A stretch of DNA of 36,004 nt from Polyangiales bacterium (GTDB lineage: Bacteria > Myxococcota_A > Polyangia > Polyangiales > Ga0077539). This document shows, piece after piece, positions 10,277 through 19,646 of the stretch. The stretch is taken from the NCBI GenBank assembly GCA_044229975.1, contig JBGARZ010000033.1, positions 1 to 36,004 of the forward strand, in the 5' to 3' direction. The first letter of the stretch is position 1; every line of letters starts with the position of its first letter. Below the pieces are notes generated by a model. It did not search any database. It saw nothing but the letters and a program-made list of their open reading frames with translations, and was not told the origin of the DNA. A program made the position numbers and the translations under genes.

Positions 10277-10312
10277 AGAAGAGGCCGCAAGGGCGCAGGG
10301 GTCGCAAGGGAG
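10277..10312. repeat. Dispersed intergenic repeat, single copy
   Basis: AGAAGAGGCCGCAAGGGCGCAGGGGTCGCAAGGGAG matches copies at 20812 and 28214. Confidence 0.7.
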
Positions 10313-10323
10313 AGGCGGTGGTT

Positions 10324-10851
10324 TCAGGAGCGTGGTGGAGAGAGGGTGATCCAGTAGCGGCGGATGGGGACGGAGGAGTGCGTGGGGACGTACTCGGCAT
10401 CGAGCACACCGCCGCAGCGCTCGATGACGCCACGCGAGCCGAGGTTGGCGACGTCGCAGGTGAGGAGCGCGCGGTCGATGTGGAGATCGCGGGCGCGGTC
10501 GAGGGTCTGCGCGAGGAGGGCCACGCCGACACCACGACGGCGCGCGGACGGGCGAACCGCGAAGCCGATGTGGCCACCGTACTCGGTGAGCGCGGGGGTG
10601 AGGCGGTGACGGAGGGTGCTGATGCCGACGATCTCGTCGGCTGCGTCGAGGAGCCAGAAGGTCGAGATCGGGACACCTGCGCGAGTGGTGACGCTGCCGT
10701 TGCTCATGCCGGCGAGGCGGGCGAGGTACGCGGCCCAGGTGTTGGGGAGGACGGCGGCGATGGTGGCGAAATCCTCCTCGGCGTGTTGGACGTCCGCGAC
10801 GAGGCGGAGGAAAGGCTCCAGCAGGTCGTCGGCGGGCGTGACGAGTCTCAC
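10324..10851 (-). CDS. GNAT family N-acetyltransferase
   Basis: GGHIGFAVRPSARRRGVG acetyl-CoA motif, ALLTCDVANLGSRGVIERCGG. Confidence 0.85.
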   Translation of the reverse strand: MRLVTPADDLLEPFLRLVADVQHAEEDFATIAAVLPNTWAAYLARLAGMSNGSVTTRAGVPISTFWLLDAADEIVGISTLRHRLTPALTEYGGHIGFAVRPSARRRGVGVALLAQTLDRARDLHIDRALLTCDVANLGSRGVIERCGGVLDAEYVPTHSSVPIRRYWITLSPPRS

Positions 10852-10981
10852 GGCGAAGGACCGTAGGCGGCGGACAAGCGGCGGGTCAACGCGCCCGGCG
10901 TGGCGCTGGTGGCGGTACGCGGGCGCGCGCGACTGCTCCCCGCGTCAGTGGTGAGATACGATCGCGCCCGAGGAGCACCCG

Positions 10982-11974
10982 ATGGCCGATTCATCCGACG
11001 GCAAGAACTCAGCGGGCGTGGTCGGCCTCGCCGCGCTGCTCGGCCTCGCGGGCGCCGGTCGCGGCGCGTGCCGCGGCGCCACGGTGGTCGCGCGCGAAGC
11101 CTCGGTGCTGAGCCACACCGCCCCGATGCTGGCCCGCGAAGCAACGATCGTCGGCGCAGGCGCCCACGCGGCGGGCGGCGTCGAGAGCGCGGGAGCGGCG
11201 TTTGCGCGCGAGGGTTCGCACCTCTCCGCCGGAGCGCGCGCCGCGGAGAGCCTCGAACACCCCGGATCGATGCTGGCCCGCGAGGGCGCGGCCGCGCGCG
11301 AGGGACTCAGCGCGGGCGACATCGCCCACGAGGCGGTCGGCCACGCCGGCGACGTGGTCGACTTCGGCTCGTGGCTGACCGACGACAACGACGACGATGA
11401 CGACGATGACGACGACGACAGCAACGACAGCGACGCCCCGCTCCGGCGAGCGCGCACGACGCTCGACGGCATCGCCAAGGCGCCCACGCTGATCGCCATT
11501 CGACCGCCGCACGCCGCCGACGCCAACATCCACCGCTTCACCACGCTGCCCGGTGTGACGACCGCAGCGAGCACCGCGGGAGACCCCGTGGAGTCGGTGC
11601 TCGCGCAGGTGCGGGCCCACCGCGGGCGCGGCGTCGTGGTGGTGTACGGGCCGACGGCCTCGGAGACCGATGCCACCGCGCTGCGCCTCACCAACGGCTA
11701 CGTGTTGCGCGCGACGGCGATGGTCGACGCGTGCCGCACTGTCCCCGGTGGCTGCGTGATGCTGCTGTGCTCACCGGCCACGCGCTGTGACGAGCCCGAC
11801 GCGTGGCGCGTGGCGGCAGACGCATGGGCTGCGACCCTCACGGCGGCGGCGCGGTCAGGCGAGGCCCTCACGGCGGCGCGGTGGGCGCGGGAGGTTCCGG
11901 CGCTCGTCCGCGGCGTGCGGATGGTGGTGGGCAACGACGAGGCGGTGCGCGTCGCGTGGGTGACGCGGCGTTAA
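10982..11974 (+). CDS. Hypothetical protein with ARE(G/A) repeats and a poly-Asp tract
   Basis: 330-aa ORF with GGAG Shine-Dalgarno, hydrophobic N-terminal segment, DDNDDDDDDDDDDSND tract. Confidence 0.55.
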   Translation: MADSSDGKNSAGVVGLAALLGLAGAGRGACRGATVVAREASVLSHTAPMLAREATIVGAGAHAAGGVESAGAAFAREGSHLSAGARAAESLEHPGSMLAREGAAAREGLSAGDIAHEAVGHAGDVVDFGSWLTDDNDDDDDDDDDDSNDSDAPLRRARTTLDGIAKAPTLIAIRPPHAADANIHRFTTLPGVTTAASTAGDPVESVLAQVRAHRGRGVVVVYGPTASETDATALRLTNGYVLRATAMVDACRTVPGGCVMLLCSPATRCDEPDAWRVAADAWAATLTAAARSGEALTAARWAREVPALVRGVRMVVGNDEAVRVAWVTRR

Positions 11975-13062
11975 GGCAGTAGCGCCGCGAGGTGCGCGTC
12001 GAGCTCCCGTGAGAGCGCCGCGACGATGGCCTCCGGCGCGGGCGCTTCCACGTACGGCAGCCGCACCACCGACGCCCAAGGCAGCGCCTTGCCGAGCTCG
12101 CGAGACAACGCATCCGCCACCGTCGTGCGCGTCTGCGCCTCCTGCTCCAGGGCGTCGATCGCCTCCAGCATCGAGCTCGTCACGCCGCGACCGCCCCGCA
12201 GCGACCGCGCCCACGGCACCGGCCGCGTGTCGGCCCGGTTGAGAACCACCGCCCGCGGTCGCCGCCCCAGCTTCTCCAACCGCGCCGCGAGAAAAAGCAC
12301 GTCGTCCCGCGCCGCCGCCGTCGGCGCCGCCACCAGCGCGTAGGCGACACGCTCTCCGAGGAGAAGCTCCGACGCGAGACGGGTCAGCGCCACGAAGCGC
12401 TCGCGCACCACCGCCAGGTCACCAAACAGCGCGGCCGTGTCGCGTACGAGGTTGGGTCCCGTCACGCGGGCGAGGAGGTGCTCGACGCGGTTGGTTCCCC
12501 AGGAGAGCAGGCCCTTCGGAGCGGGCGCGTCGCCGTCCGCGCGCTGCGCGATGCCTGCGAGCCACGACACCGTGCGACCGCCCAGCAGCGCGGCGAGGCG
12601 CGCGGGGTACGTCACGAAGTCGATCGCGTGCCTCGACGGCGCGGTGTCGATGACCACCACGTCGAAGTCGCCGCCGGCCGCGGCGTTGGCGACGAGGTTC
12701 ATCGCGACGAGCTCGTGGACACCCGCCGCGGCGTCGGCGAGGCCCACGTACAGCGGATTGGCCAGCATGCGCGCCTTGGCCGCGGGCTCGTCGACGAAGA
12801 GGTGGTCGACGAAGGTTCGCATCGACAGCCGCGGGTCGGGCATCAGCGCCGACAAGCGCCCGCCCGTCACCGCCAGCGGAACCTTCGTCACCACGTCGGT
12901 GATCTCGACGCCCATCGCCCCCGCGAGCCGACGCGCCGGGTCGATGGTGACGATGAGCGTCCGGTGACCGCGCGCCGCCAGCGCCACCGAGAGCGCCGCC
13001 GACGTCGTGGTCTTGCCGACGCCGCCGCCGCCCGCGCAGACGATCACCCGCGGCCCGCTCAC
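11971..13062 (-). CDS. ArsA/GET3-family ATPase (BagB-like subunit)
   Basis: CAGGGGVGKTT P-loop, TIDPARRLA, VIDTAPSRHA, VVLNR. Confidence 0.88.
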   Translation of the reverse strand: MSGPRVIVCAGGGGVGKTTTSAALSVALAARGHRTLIVTIDPARRLAGAMGVEITDVVTKVPLAVTGGRLSALMPDPRLSMRTFVDHLFVDEPAAKARMLANPLYVGLADAAAGVHELVAMNLVANAAAGGDFDVVVIDTAPSRHAIDFVTYPARLAALLGGRTVSWLAGIAQRADGDAPAPKGLLSWGTNRVEHLLARVTGPNLVRDTAALFGDLAVVRERFVALTRLASELLLGERVAYALVAAPTAAARDDVLFLAARLEKLGRRPRAVVLNRADTRPVPWARSLRGGRGVTSSMLEAIDALEQEAQTRTTVADALSRELGKALPWASVVRLPYVEAPAPEAIVAALSRELDAHLAALLP

Positions 13063-13964
13063 GCCGCACCCTCCGCGCGCAGCCAGCGCGCGACGTCACG
13101 CGCCGACGGATCCACCGGCGCCAGCGGAACCCTCCACACCGCGTGCGGACCTCGCGCGAACACCTCCAGCGCCGCGGCCGCACCCGCGCTCGACGCCTCT
13201 CGTGCTTCGAGCACCGACGCCAGTGAAGCAGCCGCCGACGCGAGCGCACCGCCCTCCGACGCGAGCGCACGAGCATCCGCGAGCGCCTGTCGCGACAGCG
13301 GCAACGGGACCCGATTGACCACCACGCGCGCGACCTCCAGGCCCGGGTCGCGGGCCACCGTGGCGCACAGCTCCAGGGTCTCTTCGAGCACGAGCCGCTC
13401 GTGCAGCGTGACCACCACGATGGACGCGCACCCCGGCGCGACGAGCTCTCTCGCGACCCGGTCGCAGAGCTCGAACATCGGCCCCGCTCCGAGGAATTCC
13501 CTCCCCTGCTTCGCCGTTCGCAGCCACGCGACGGCGTGGCCGGTCGCGGGCATGTCGACCACGACGCGCACCCCAGGACGCGACGCCACCACCTGCCGCA
13601 CCGACTCCAGCATCGCGAGCTCGCGGATGGCGGGCGCCGCGCGTAGCAGCGGGCGCATCGCGAAGTTGCCGAGCGCGAGCTTCGCCAGCGTGGCCGATCC
13701 GAAGAGCGGCGCCGCGCCCCGCTCGATGGCCTCCGCGGGCTGTATCACCACGTGCTCGACGCCCTCGTGCTTCGGTCCGAGCGCGCGTCGACCCGACTCG
13801 CCGTCGCCGAACTCCACCAGCACCGCCTTGCCGCGCAGCTCGGCTTCGAGCACCGCGAGCGCAGCGGCCACGGTGGTCTTGCCCACGCCGCCCTTGCCCA
13901 TCACCAGGACGGCGGGCGCGAGGCTGCGCGGCGGCGGTCGGGACGGAGCGCGCAGGGACGTCAC
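13059..13964 (-). CDS. ArsA/GET3-family ATPase (BagA-like subunit)
   Basis: GTG at 13964 overlaps the upstream stop (GTGA); MGKGGVGKTT, VDMPATGH, VVVNR. Confidence 0.85.
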   Translation of the reverse strand: MTSLRAPSRPPPRSLAPAVLVMGKGGVGKTTVAAALAVLEAELRGKAVLVEFGDGESGRRALGPKHEGVEHVVIQPAEAIERGAAPLFGSATLAKLALGNFAMRPLLRAAPAIRELAMLESVRQVVASRPGVRVVVDMPATGHAVAWLRTAKQGREFLGAGPMFELCDRVARELVAPGCASIVVVTLHERLVLEETLELCATVARDPGLEVARVVVNRVPLPLSRQALADARALASEGGALASAAASLASVLEAREASSAGAAAALEVFARGPHAVWRVPLAPVDPSARDVARWLRAEGAA

Positions 13965-15013
13965 GCGTCGGGCCTCGCGGCCATGGCTTCCATCACCTCG
14001 TGCATCATCAACACGTACGACTCGCGCACGAAGCGAACGTAGCGCGGTGAGTGGAGACCCGAAGCGCGCACCAGCGAGTCGATGCCTTCGACGCTGCGGC
14101 GCCAGGTGGCGGTGACGTCGGCGAAGGTCCACGCGCCGTCGGTGACAGGCGTCGCGCGGTCGGAGCGGGCGTCGGACTCGTAGTCGAACCAGTCGTCCAT
14201 CACCTGAACGAACAGCGACACGTCGTACATCCACGCGCGCGCTCCCTCTCCCGCGTAGCGGACGACGGGGAAGAGGAGGCCATCGATGGTTCCTTCGACG
14301 CCGGCGAGGCGGTGGCCGAGGCCCGCGGGGTCGGGCTCGCCGCACATCGCGCGCACCTCGGCGTGTATCCAGGCGGTGACGCGCTCCATGGCCCGCTCGA
14401 AGTCGACGCGCTCGTCGGCGTCGAGGCCCTCGGCCATCGCGACGGCGAGCGCGCGGGTGAGCGCGAGCGCGGGGCTGTCGGCGGGCGAGCGGCCCGCGAT
14501 GACGTCTTCCAGGCGGCGACCGCGCTCGGCGGGCGGGTCGGGCATGCAGTGGTCGAGCGCGTGGTCGACCACCACGATGAACGCCGACACCAACGCGATG
14601 CTGCGCTGCTGACGGGGATAGGCGTAACGACCGAGGAGAGACATCGCGCCGCGACCGAGGAGCGCGAGCGCGGGGAGCGGCAGCGGGAGGAGGTTGCCCG
14701 CGTCGGTGACGATGCGAACGAGCGGCGGTCGACGCGGACCACAGAAGAGCGCGGTGTACGGACCCGACGCGTAGAGGTCGCACGCGCCGATCCGGAGCTT
14801 GTCGGCGAAGGGTGTTGCGCGCAGGGCGGGCCAGTGGGCGGTGACGAGCGGCTCGACGTGGAGGTCGAAGTGATGACGGGCCGCGGCGCGGATGCCGATG
14901 GCGAGGTGGCGCACGGAGCGGTCGGGGTCACCCATGAGGGCGCGCACGGCGGCGACGCGCTCGGCGCGCGGGGGGAGCGTAGGCGCGCGGCGGAGGAGCA
15001 GCGGGGAAGACAT
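13961..15013 (-). CDS. Class I isoprenoid-synthase-fold protein (prenyltransferase/terpene synthase-like)
   Basis: ATG at 15013; helical protein with Asp-rich motifs VVVDHALDH and QVMDDWFDYESD. Confidence 0.6.
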   Translation of the reverse strand: MSSPLLLRRAPTLPPRAERVAAVRALMGDPDRSVRHLAIGIRAAARHHFDLHVEPLVTAHWPALRATPFADKLRIGACDLYASGPYTALFCGPRRPPLVRIVTDAGNLLPLPLPALALLGRGAMSLLGRYAYPRQQRSIALVSAFIVVVDHALDHCMPDPPAERGRRLEDVIAGRSPADSPALALTRALAVAMAEGLDADERVDFERAMERVTAWIHAEVRAMCGEPDPAGLGHRLAGVEGTIDGLLFPVVRYAGEGARAWMYDVSLFVQVMDDWFDYESDARSDRATPVTDGAWTFADVTATWRRSVEGIDSLVRASGLHSPRYVRFVRESYVLMMHEVMEAMAARPDA

Positions 15014-15154
15014 CGGTGGAGCTTGGATGACCTTCCGCGCCGATCGGGACGGACACATCCGGCGCGGCGCCGTTGAACCCCGATTGGCCCACCGCGTCAA
15101 TGCACGCGTCACGGTTTGACAGCTCACCTCGCTCGCCGCTGAACTCCACGCACG

Positions 15155-15622
15155 ATGCGACGGCTCCTTGGCCCACTGATCCTCGCGGCCTTCGCGATTG
15201 GCGGGTGCTGCCTCGGGGGCGACGACTACCTCACGCTCGGCTTCGGTCCGGGCACGAGCCGCTCGTCTCCCAACTGGGGCGGCACCGAGACCTATGCGGT
15301 GTCCCAGAGGCCGATGATCGACGCCAACTACCGGCCCGATCATCCCATCGCGGGAGCGCCCTTCGAGTGCTTCGCCGCCGACGGAACCACCGCGGTTCCA
15401 CTCGCCTGCACGACCGTCCACATCGACAACGCGAGCCGCAACGGCTGTGGCTTCAGCGATCAGGTGACCTGCGACCTGAGCGTGCTCGCGCCCGGTCGCT
15501 ACGAGATCGTCCACCGGCGCTCGCACGGCAACGGCGATGCGCTCAACTGCGTGGGCGCGTGCCCGTGGACGACCTTCCAGGGCGAGGCCGCGCTGCGGCT
15601 CACCTTCGTGCTCAACCCATAG
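15155..15622 (+). CDS. Cys-rich lipoprotein, hypothetical
   Basis: Signal peptide MRRLLGPLILAAFAIGGC with lipobox-like Cys; several Cys. Confidence 0.65.
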   Translation: MRRLLGPLILAAFAIGGCCLGGDDYLTLGFGPGTSRSSPNWGGTETYAVSQRPMIDANYRPDHPIAGAPFECFAADGTTAVPLACTTVHIDNASRNGCGFSDQVTCDLSVLAPGRYEIVHRRSHGNGDALNCVGACPWTTFQGEAALRLTFVLNP

Positions 15623-15628
15623 CGGCTG

Positions 15629-16189
15629 CTACGGCTGCGGCTCGAAGCCGAAGAGGGTCATCTGGCAGCGACGGCAGGCCAGCACCGAGCGCGGCGCCCC
15701 CGTGAACGCGCTCTGCAACGCGCACAGGGTCCCGTCGTTGGTCCGCGCCCACGGGCCGAAGCACTGCAACGGCTCACGCGTCCAGGCCCGCGCACAGGTC
15801 GAGTCCTCCGACCGACCGTCGCCGGGAAACCCCGGAGTGCACGCGTCCCGCCCGGGGCAGTACTCGCGCATCTCGCCGTCGCAGCGCACGCATCCATCGG
15901 GCGCGCGATCGCAGCGTCGACCGCCGCGGCACTCCCACACGCACTGATGGTCGATGCAGCTCCACGACGACGAGCTCTCGCACCAGTTCACCGAGGGCGC
16001 GGGCCCACCGCAGTCCGACGGACGCACGCACTCTCCCGTCAACACCGGCATGTCGACCGTCGGCACGTCCGTCGTGGACACGTCCGTCGTCGGCACGTCC
16101 GCCGTGGCCGCATCCGTCGCGCGCGCGGTCACCGTCGCGCCGCACCCGGCGATCACCCACAGCCCCATCAGACACGTCGCGCGCACCAT
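15629..16189 (-). CDS. Cys-rich lipoprotein, hypothetical
   Basis: Lipobox IAGC, DVPT repeats, many Cys; converges on the previous gene. Confidence 0.7.
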   Translation of the reverse strand: MVRATCLMGLWVIAGCGATVTARATDAATADVPTTDVSTTDVPTVDMPVLTGECVRPSDCGGPAPSVNWCESSSSWSCIDHQCVWECRGGRRCDRAPDGCVRCDGEMREYCPGRDACTPGFPGDGRSEDSTCARAWTREPLQCFGPWARTNDGTLCALQSAFTGAPRSVLACRRCQMTLFGFEPQP

Positions 16190-16365
16190 CGGGTGCCGAC
16201 GCTATCACCCGGCTCTCCGCTCGAAGATCCCTTGATTGTCGAGCTCGTTGCCCCGACCATGCGGACGTCGAACCACGCCCCTGTGGTCGACACTTCCGTC
16301 CGTTGCTGCCGTGTGGGTACGCGGCGCTCCCGATCACTCCCCGAACCTCGTTGGAGACCTCCGCC

Positions 16366-18897
16366 ATGAGTCGCATCCATCCATCCCTGCTCAAGCTCTT
16401 CCTCCTGGGCGCGACCTTCGCGGCCTGTAGCGATCCGGTCAGTACGGCGCCGCTCGACGCCGCCGTCGCCGACACCGGAACATCACCGACCGACACCCCG
16501 ACCGCGACCGACACCCCGACCGCGACCGACACCCCGACCGCGACCGATGGCTCCGTCGCGACCGACACCCCGACCGCGACCGATACCCCCGTCGCGTCCC
16601 TCACCTGCGGCGCGATCGAGGCCCTCGACCTCAACGCCCTCGGAACCGTCACCGACGGCGTGCTCCGCTACACCGGGATGCTGCCCGCCATGCAGCCGGC
16701 GCTGACGATCCCGATGTGCACGGCGAACTTCAACCTCCCGCGCGTGCTCCGCTACACGGCCCCGACGGCGGGCCGCGCGGTCTTCAGCACCGACAACATG
16801 GGCACCACCTTCGACACCACCCTCGCGGTGCTCAACGGCTGTCCCGGCACGGGCATGTCGCTCGGGTGCGTCGACGACAACGGCGTCGTCACCCGCCTGT
16901 CGTCCATCGTGAGCCCCGAGCGGGCCCTCACCGCGGGCGAGAGCGTCTACGTCGTGGTGGGCGCCTACGGCATGACCGGGGGCACCTTCGCGCTCTCCGT
17001 CGGCATCGCGCGCGAGGTCGCCAACGGCGCGGTCTGCGACAGCCTCCGCACCTGCGCGATGGGCGCGACGTGCATCACCCCCGCGACCCCGATGGGCGCC
17101 GAAGGCCGCTGCGTCGCCAACGGCGCCGCGACCGGGGTGTGCCGCGCCGAAGGAGCCATGGGCGGCCGCTGCGACGCGACCCTCACCTGCTCCAGCGCCG
17201 GCCGCTGCGTCCCCACCATCGCCGCGGGCGCCGAGTGTGACCGCAACGGGCTCACCAACACCTGCGCGACGGGCTCGTCCTGTCGCACGGCACTGGGCAT
17301 GAGCGGCATGACGGCGACCGCGCGCTGCGTCGCCGACGGCGCGCTCGCCGGAACCTGTCGCGCCACCGATCCGGGCTGCGACACGGGCCTCGGCTGCTCG
17401 GCGCTGCGGCAGTGCGTTCCGGTCGTCGCCCTCGGCGCCGCGTGCGGCGCGGTGGAGGACACCGACCTCTGCGTCGCCAACGCCAGCTGCCAGCTCACGA
17501 GCACCACCCGCACCTGCGTCGCCGACGGCGCCATCAACGGCCTGTGCCGCGCCACCGATCCGGTCTGCGACACCGGCCTCGGGTGCGCGCGCGGGGCCGG
17601 TCGCATCGGCCTGTGCCGCACCGCCACCGCGATCGGCACCTCCTGCGACCCCGCGAGCACCACGTCGGTGTGCGTCACCGGCTCGTCGTGCCAGGGCTCG
17701 CCCGGGCTCTACCGCTGCGTCGCCGACGGCGTGCTCGGCGGGCAGTGCCGCGCCTCGATGGGCTGCGACACCGGGCTCGGCTGCAACGCCACCAACATCT
17801 GCGTGACGGGCATCGCCGTCGGCGCCACCTGCGACCCGAGCACGAGCTCCTCGGTGTGCGTCTCGGGCAGCGTCTGCGCGGGCTCGCCCGGGATGTACCG
17901 CTGCCAGGCCGACGGCGCGGTGGGCGGCCGCTGCCGCGCGACGGCACCGCGCTGCGACACGGGCCTCGGCTGCGGGAGCGATCGCTGCGTTCCGACCGTG
18001 GCCGCGGGCGCCGCGTGCGATGCGCTGCGCACGGCCAACGTCTGCGCCGACGGCGCGAGCTGCATCGCGTCCACCAGCGGGACCGCCACCTGCCTCGTCG
18101 ACGGAACCCTCGGCGGCGCCTGCCGCGCCTCGCTGACCCCGTGCGACACGGGGCTCGGCTGCGGCGCCGGCGGGCGCTGCGTGACCGCCGTCGCATCGGG
18201 CGCGACCTGCGACCCGACGGGCGTGATGAACGCCTGCGCGGCCCCGCAGCGCTGCCTCCCCACGGCCGGGATGAAGACGCGCTCGTGCCAGCTCCCGGCC
18301 TACGTGGAGAGCGAGATCGCGACGCCGACCTTCATCGACGCCTGCACCGCCGAGGCGACGCGCCCGACCTTCTCGTCCCTCGACGACGCCGTCTCGGGCA
18401 GCATCCCGGTGGGCTTCACGCTGCGCTCGTACGGCGCCGACTACACCTCGATGCTCATCACCACCAACGGCATGCTCGTGCTCGGTGACACGATGCTCAC
18501 CGCGACCCCGCCCCTCTCGGGCGGAACCAACTTCCCGTGGGTCGGCGCGCCGCGCCCGGTCTTCGCGGGCTTCTGGGACGACCTCATCCTCCGCGCCGCG
18601 GGCACCGTCTGCGTCCGCACCACGGGCACGGCCCCCGCGCGCGCGACCGTGATCGAGTGGTCCAACATGTCCATGTACCTGAACGAGTCGGCCCGCCTGA
18701 CCTTCGAGATCATCCTGCGCGAAGGCAGCAACCAGGTCGACGTGCTCTACCAGACGCTCGACCGCGGCACCGGGCTCGCCACCCGCGTCGACGGCTCGGC
18801 CGCCGGTGTCGGCGTGCACAGCGCCATGGGCATCGACGCCACCCGCCACGCCGGCACGGTGAGCACCACGCGCGGCATCCGCTTCGCGCCGCGCTGA
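16366..18897 (+). CDS. Large surface lipoprotein with Cys-rich tandem repeats and a C-terminal nidogen-like domain
   Basis: GGAG Shine-Dalgarno, lipobox FAAC, six ~62-aa 8-Cys repeats (CVADG..CRA..CDTGLGC), C-terminal FAGFWDDL. Confidence 0.8.
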   Translation: MSRIHPSLLKLFLLGATFAACSDPVSTAPLDAAVADTGTSPTDTPTATDTPTATDTPTATDGSVATDTPTATDTPVASLTCGAIEALDLNALGTVTDGVLRYTGMLPAMQPALTIPMCTANFNLPRVLRYTAPTAGRAVFSTDNMGTTFDTTLAVLNGCPGTGMSLGCVDDNGVVTRLSSIVSPERALTAGESVYVVVGAYGMTGGTFALSVGIAREVANGAVCDSLRTCAMGATCITPATPMGAEGRCVANGAATGVCRAEGAMGGRCDATLTCSSAGRCVPTIAAGAECDRNGLTNTCATGSSCRTALGMSGMTATARCVADGALAGTCRATDPGCDTGLGCSALRQCVPVVALGAACGAVEDTDLCVANASCQLTSTTRTCVADGAINGLCRATDPVCDTGLGCARGAGRIGLCRTATAIGTSCDPASTTSVCVTGSSCQGSPGLYRCVADGVLGGQCRASMGCDTGLGCNATNICVTGIAVGATCDPSTSSSVCVSGSVCAGSPGMYRCQADGAVGGRCRATAPRCDTGLGCGSDRCVPTVAAGAACDALRTANVCADGASCIASTSGTATCLVDGTLGGACRASLTPCDTGLGCGAGGRCVTAVASGATCDPTGVMNACAAPQRCLPTAGMKTRSCQLPAYVESEIATPTFIDACTAEATRPTFSSLDDAVSGSIPVGFTLRSYGADYTSMLITTNGMLVLGDTMLTATPPLSGGTNFPWVGAPRPVFAGFWDDLILRAAGTVCVRTTGTAPARATVIEWSNMSMYLNESARLTFEIILREGSNQVDVLYQTLDRGTGLATRVDGSAAGVGVHSAMGIDATRHAGTVSTTRGIRFAPR
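16489..16596 (+). repeat. Coding tandem repeat, six 18-bp units (TDTPTA linker)
   Basis: ACCGACACCCCGACCGCG four times exact plus two variants, contiguous and in frame. Confidence 0.85.
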
Positions 18898-18936
18898 CCC
18901 CCCTTCCCCTTTCGTCCCTCCTCACCTCTCGAATCA

Positions 18937-18965
18937 ACCGCGGCCCGCCACACGGGGGCCGCGGT
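18937..18965. terminator. GC-rich hairpin between convergent genes
   Basis: ACCGCGGCCC/GGGCCGCGGT 10-bp stem. Confidence 0.5.
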
Positions 18966-18989
18966 CGAGTCGTGCCCCCCCGCAGGACG

Positions 18990-19499
18990 CTACGGACGGT
19001 TGACCGCGGCCGTCACCCGCGCGACGCCCGCGGCGCTCGCCGAGGCGTGGATGCTCTCCACCACGCGACCCGTCGGGTCGATGACGAACACCCACGGCGT
19101 CTCGCTCTCCGGCAGCCCGAGCTGCTCCGCGAAGGATCCGTCGCGCGAGAACCACACCGACGACCACGCGTTGCGCGGCGTGGCCTCGCGGGCCTGCGAC
19201 AGCACCGTCGACGTCGGCACCAGCGGGAAGAGGTCGATGGCCACGAAGGTCAGCATCCGCGTCGAGGCCGGCACCTGCGGGCGCACCTGCTGAAACCACC
19301 GCCCCACGGCGTCGCCGCAGTCCTTGTCCGTCATGGCGACCGCGATGGTCCACTGTCCGGTGAGCTCACGCTCGGTGTGGTGGTTGCCGCTCAGGTCGTT
19401 GACCGAGACCGACGGTATCGCGCGGCCCGTCTGTGGAACCGCCATCGCCGCGGGCGTCAGGGTCAGGGTGAAGGCCACAAGCAGCGAACGGGTCTTCAT
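18990..19499 (-). CDS. Secreted thioredoxin-like fold protein without CxxC
   Basis: GGAG Shine-Dalgarno before ATG 19499, signal peptide, redoxin-like GRAIPSVSVNDLSG and cis-Pro-like TPWVFVIDPTGRVV. Confidence 0.65.
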   Translation of the reverse strand: MKTRSLLVAFTLTLTPAAMAVPQTGRAIPSVSVNDLSGNHHTERELTGQWTIAVAMTDKDCGDAVGRWFQQVRPQVPASTRMLTFVAIDLFPLVPTSTVLSQAREATPRNAWSSVWFSRDGSFAEQLGLPESETPWVFVIDPTGRVVESIHASASAAGVARVTAAVNRP

Positions 19500-19646
19500 G
19501 GGCATCTCCACGGTCATTGAACAAGATTCAGAAGCGACCCTGTGTACCACGCTTCGCGCCTGTCTCGCGCGCGTCGCACCTACTGATTCCATAATGTTTA
19601 CGTCATCGGTTGACGCCGCGGCCCTGGCGGGGGCACCCCCTGTTCG

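Noticed and set aside
10184..10870. CCTCCTACGG and CCGTAGGCGG flanking the GNAT gene as mobile-element ends
   Set aside because: Match is only about 10 bp, which is weak at this GC content, and no target duplication or transposase is evident
11971..13964. Arsenic-resistance operon
   Set aside because: No arsB, arsC, arsR or arsD nearby; the paired single-domain ATPases fit the GET3/BagAB-like group
13965..14783. N-terminal extension of the 574-aa ORF, and similar extensions on the ORFs ending at 13961, 18990, 29399 and 29878
   Set aside because: The extensions overlap neighbouring real genes; downstream starts with stop/start overlaps or Shine-Dalgarno sites fit better
16489..16596. Tandem 18-bp repeats as a possible CRISPR array
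   Set aside because: Contiguous in-frame units with no spacers, inside a CDS, and no cas genes in the window
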